Positions 61,706-64,000 of a stretch of 64,000 bases of DNA are shown here, piece after piece. The DNA is from Solirubrobacterales bacterium (GTDB lineage Bacteria > Actinomycetota > Thermoleophilia > Solirubrobacterales > 70-9), in the NCBI GenBank assembly GCA_035474955.1, contig DATIMV010000030.1, positions 4,207 to 68,206 on the forward strand. Reading direction: 5' to 3'. The first letter of the stretch is position 1. Each line of letters begins with the position of its first letter. The position numbers and the translations under genes are program-made. Under the pieces are notes generated by a model. It was not told the DNA's origin, searched no databases, and saw nothing but the letters and a program-made list of their open reading frames with translations.

Positions 61706-62995
61706 ATGACTGGGGATGGGTCCGACATCGTCGTGATGAAGTTCGGCGGCACCTCCGTGGCGGGTGCCGAGCAGATCAAGCGCGCCGCGGGGCGGATCGT
61801 CGCCGCCCGCGAGGCCGGCAGCCGCGTCGTCGCCGTGCTCTCCGCCCGCGGCAAGACGACCGACGAACTGGTCGAGCAGGCGCACGAGATCTCCGCGCGC
61901 CCGGTCGCCCGCGAGATGGACATGCTGCTCTCGACTGGCGAGCGGATCTCCTGTGCGCTGTGCGCGATGGCGATCCACGACATGGGCCACGAGGCGATCT
62001 CGCTGACCGGCTCGCAGGCGGGGATCGTCACCGACTCCTCCCACACCAAGGCGCGGATCATCGACGTCCGCGCCGATCGCATCTCCGAGGCGCTGCAGCA
62101 GGACCGGATCGTCCTCGTCGCCGGCTTCCAGGGTGTCTCCACCGACAGCCGCGACGTCACCACCCTCGGCCGCGGCGGCTCCGACACCACCGCCGTCGCC
62201 CTCGCCGCGGCACTCCGCGCCAGCGTCTGCGAGATCTACACCGACGTCTCCGGCGTCTACAGCGCCGATCCGCGGATCGTCCCCAGCGCCCACAAGCTCG
62301 ACCGCGTCTCCTTCGAGGAGATGCTGGAGATGTCGGCTTCCGGCGCGGGGGTGCTGCAGCTGCGCTCGGTCGAGTACGCGCGTAACCACGGCGTCCGCAT
62401 CCACTGCCGCAGCAGCTTCGAGGACGGTCCCGGTACCCTCGTCGTCTCAGAGGAAGAGACCATGGAGAACCCCTTCGTAACCGCAGTCACCCATTCCAGC
62501 TCGGAGGCCCGGGTGACGCTCAACGGCCTCCGCGACGAGCCGGGCGTCGCCGGGCGCGTCTTCGGCGCCCTCGCCGATGCCAACGTCAACGTCGACGTGA
62601 TCATCCAGAACGAGCCGGTTGGCGACGACCAGCTCGCCGACCTCTCATTCACCGTCGACCGTTCCGATCTGACCACCGCCAAGGACACGATCACTGCCCT
62701 CGGCGACGTCTCGCTGAAAATCCTCACCGATGAGCAGATCGGCAAGGTCTCGATCGTCGGCGCCGGCATGCGCTCCCACCCGGGTGTCGCCGCCAAGGTC
62801 TTCCAGGTGCTCGGCGAGGCGAAGATCAACATCGAGATGATCTCCACCTCGCCGATCAAGATCTCGTGCGTCATCGCCGCCGACCGCGTCGCCGACGCCG
62901 TCAACCTCCTCCACAAGGCGTTCGATCTCGGCGAGGACGCGATCCAGCCCGAGGACCCGACCGGCCCGGATCACCGGCCGACGGTTGCCAACTGA
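61706..62995 (+). CDS. ask: aspartate kinase
   Basis: [25 protein letters not shown] and two C-terminal ACT domains. Followed by asd, as in other Actinomycetota. Confidence 0.9.
   Translation: MTGDGSDIVVMKFGGTSVAGAEQIKRAAGRIVAAREAGSRVVAVLSARGKTTDELVEQAHEISARPVAREMDMLLSTGERISCALCAMAIHDMGHEAISLTGSQAGIVTDSSHTKARIIDVRADRISEALQQDRIVLVAGFQGVSTDSRDVTTLGRGGSDTTAVALAAALRASVCEIYTDVSGVYSADPRIVPSAHKLDRVSFEEMLEMSASGAGVLQLRSVEYARNHGVRIHCRSSFEDGPGTLVVSEEETMENPFVTAVTHSSSEARVTLNGLRDEPGVAGRVFGALADANVNVDVIIQNEPVGDDQLADLSFTVDRSDLTTAKDTITALGDVSLKILTDEQIGKVSIVGAGMRSHPGVAAKVFQVLGEAKINIEMISTSPIKISCVIAADRVADAVNLLHKAFDLGEDAIQPEDPTGPDHRPTVAN
62462..62995 (+). CDS. ask: possible in-frame internal start for the aspartokinase beta (ACT-domain) subunit
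   Basis: In-frame ATG at codon 253 ([20 protein letters not shown]), preceded by GAGGAAGAG. It lies at the position where Corynebacterium/Mycobacterium lysC-beta starts. Confidence 0.4.
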   Translation: MENPFVTAVTHSSSEARVTLNGLRDEPGVAGRVFGALADANVNVDVIIQNEPVGDDQLADLSFTVDRSDLTTAKDTITALGDVSLKILTDEQIGKVSIVGAGMRSHPGVAAKVFQVLGEAKINIEMISTSPIKISCVIAADRVADAVNLLHKAFDLGEDAIQPEDPTGPDHRPTVAN

Positions 62996-63016
62996 GCGGC
63001 CGTCATACTCGACCGA

Positions 63017-64000
63017 TGGCCGCTGACGGATACAGAGTCGGGGTGCTGGGCGCGACGGGGCTCGTCGGCTCGACGATCCTCGAGCTGCTCGCCGCCCGGG
63101 ACTTCCCGGCGCGCGAGGTCGTCCCCTTCGCCTCCGAGCGCTCGGCCGGCAAGGAGATCGAGTGGGAGGGCAAGGTTCTCACGGTCCAGTCGCTGAACGA
63201 GGACTCGATCCAGGGCCTCGACCTCGTCCTCTCCTCCGCCGGCGGTGCGATCAGCGCCGAGTGGACGCCGAAGCTGGTCGAGGCCGGCGCGACCGTGGTT
63301 GACAACACCAGCTACTGGCGCATGCACGACGATGTGCCGCTGGTCGTCTCCGAGGTCAACCCCGACGCTCTATCTGGTCACAACGGGATCGTCGCCAACC
63401 CCAACTGCTCGACGATGCAGATGGTCGTCGCCCTGAAACCGCTCTACGACGCGGCCGGGATCGAGCGGCTGGTGATCTCCACCTACCAGGCGGTCTCCGG
63501 TACCGGTAAGGCGGCGATCGACGCGCTGAATGCCGAGGCCCGGGCGGTGGTCGGCGGCTACGAGTTGCCCGAGCCGCAGATCTACCCGCACCAGATCGCC
63601 TTCAACGTTCTCGCCCACGCCGGCAGCTTCCCCGACGGGGACGACCACACCGACGAGGAGCGCAAGCTGATCAACGAGACCCGCAAGATCCTCGGCGACC
63701 CCGAGATCAAGGTCAGCGCGACCTGCGTGCGGGTGCCGGTGGTGACCGGCCACTCCGAGGCGGTCAACGTCGAAACCCGCGAGCCGCTCGAGCCCGCGCA
63801 GGCGCGCGAGCTGCTGGAAGCCGCCCCCGGGGTGACGGTCGTCGACGACCCCGCTGCCGCCCGGTACCCGATGGCGGTCGACGCCGCCGGCAAGGACGAG
63901 GTCTACGTTGGCCGGATCCGCCGCGACGCCGGCAACGAGCGGGCGCTCGACATGTGGGTCGTCTCCGACAACCTGCGCAAGGGCGCCGCGACCAACACGG
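63017..64000 (+). CDS. asd: aspartate-semialdehyde dehydrogenase, N-terminal 328 codons (runs off the window end)
   Basis: My own translation gives MAADGYRVGVLGATGLVGSTILELL...IVANPNCSTMQMVVALKPL...STYQAVSGTG. No stop before base 64000, so it is absent from the ORF track. Confidence 0.9.

Overview
High-GC (about 70% by eye), gene-dense chromosomal segment of actinobacterial type, possibly from a deep-branching Actinomycetota lineage. This guess rests on gene content, codon bias and synteny, and no database search was possible. I can support about 65 protein-coding genes, three tRNAs (Ser-GGA, Ser-CGA, Val-CAC) and a long Bacillus-type SRP RNA. I found no rRNA, CRISPR array, transposase or integrase. 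Recognisable backbone genes are cydAB, tadA with tRNA-Ser, ffs, dnaX-ybaB-recR and ask-asd. Between them lie transport and metabolic modules: a LivHMGF importer with a Rieske oxygenase, an MFS-Opp/Dpp-DNA ligase string, orphan YrbE/MlaE permeases, MMPL/PadR and an ABC-2 exporter. Regulators include three TetR, three GntR, MerR and PadR, and c-di-GMP proteins include an HD-GYP protein and a degenerate GGDEF protein.

Observations most worth follow-up:
- A low-GC islet (22.76-25.18 kb) holds an orphan 549-aa protein with a HEPN-like Rx4H motif next to a canonical MNT/HEPN pair.
- A 76-nt palindromic repeat sits in the same reading frame inside two unrelated genes, the radical-SAM gene tail and the DnaX linker.
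- A 33% GC, rare-codon patch covers exactly the CxxxCxxC motif of an Rv2578c-type radical-SAM gene, which also carries a perfect LexA-type SOS box at its start.
- A 1.23-kb paralogous duplication with an exact 1801-bp period occurs in a glycosyltransferase/methyltransferase cluster.
- A perfect 19-bp inverted repeat lies upstream of ytoQ.
- A 500-bp low-GC intergenic region with operator-like palindromes and an internal terminator-like hairpin lies upstream of the HD-GYP gene.
- A C11/G11 homopolymer tract lies inside a large membrane-protein gene.

Many long ORFs in the supplied track are antisense or out-of-frame artefacts typical of high-GC DNA and were rejected. Start codons are often ambiguous. 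All functional calls come from motif recognition by eye.
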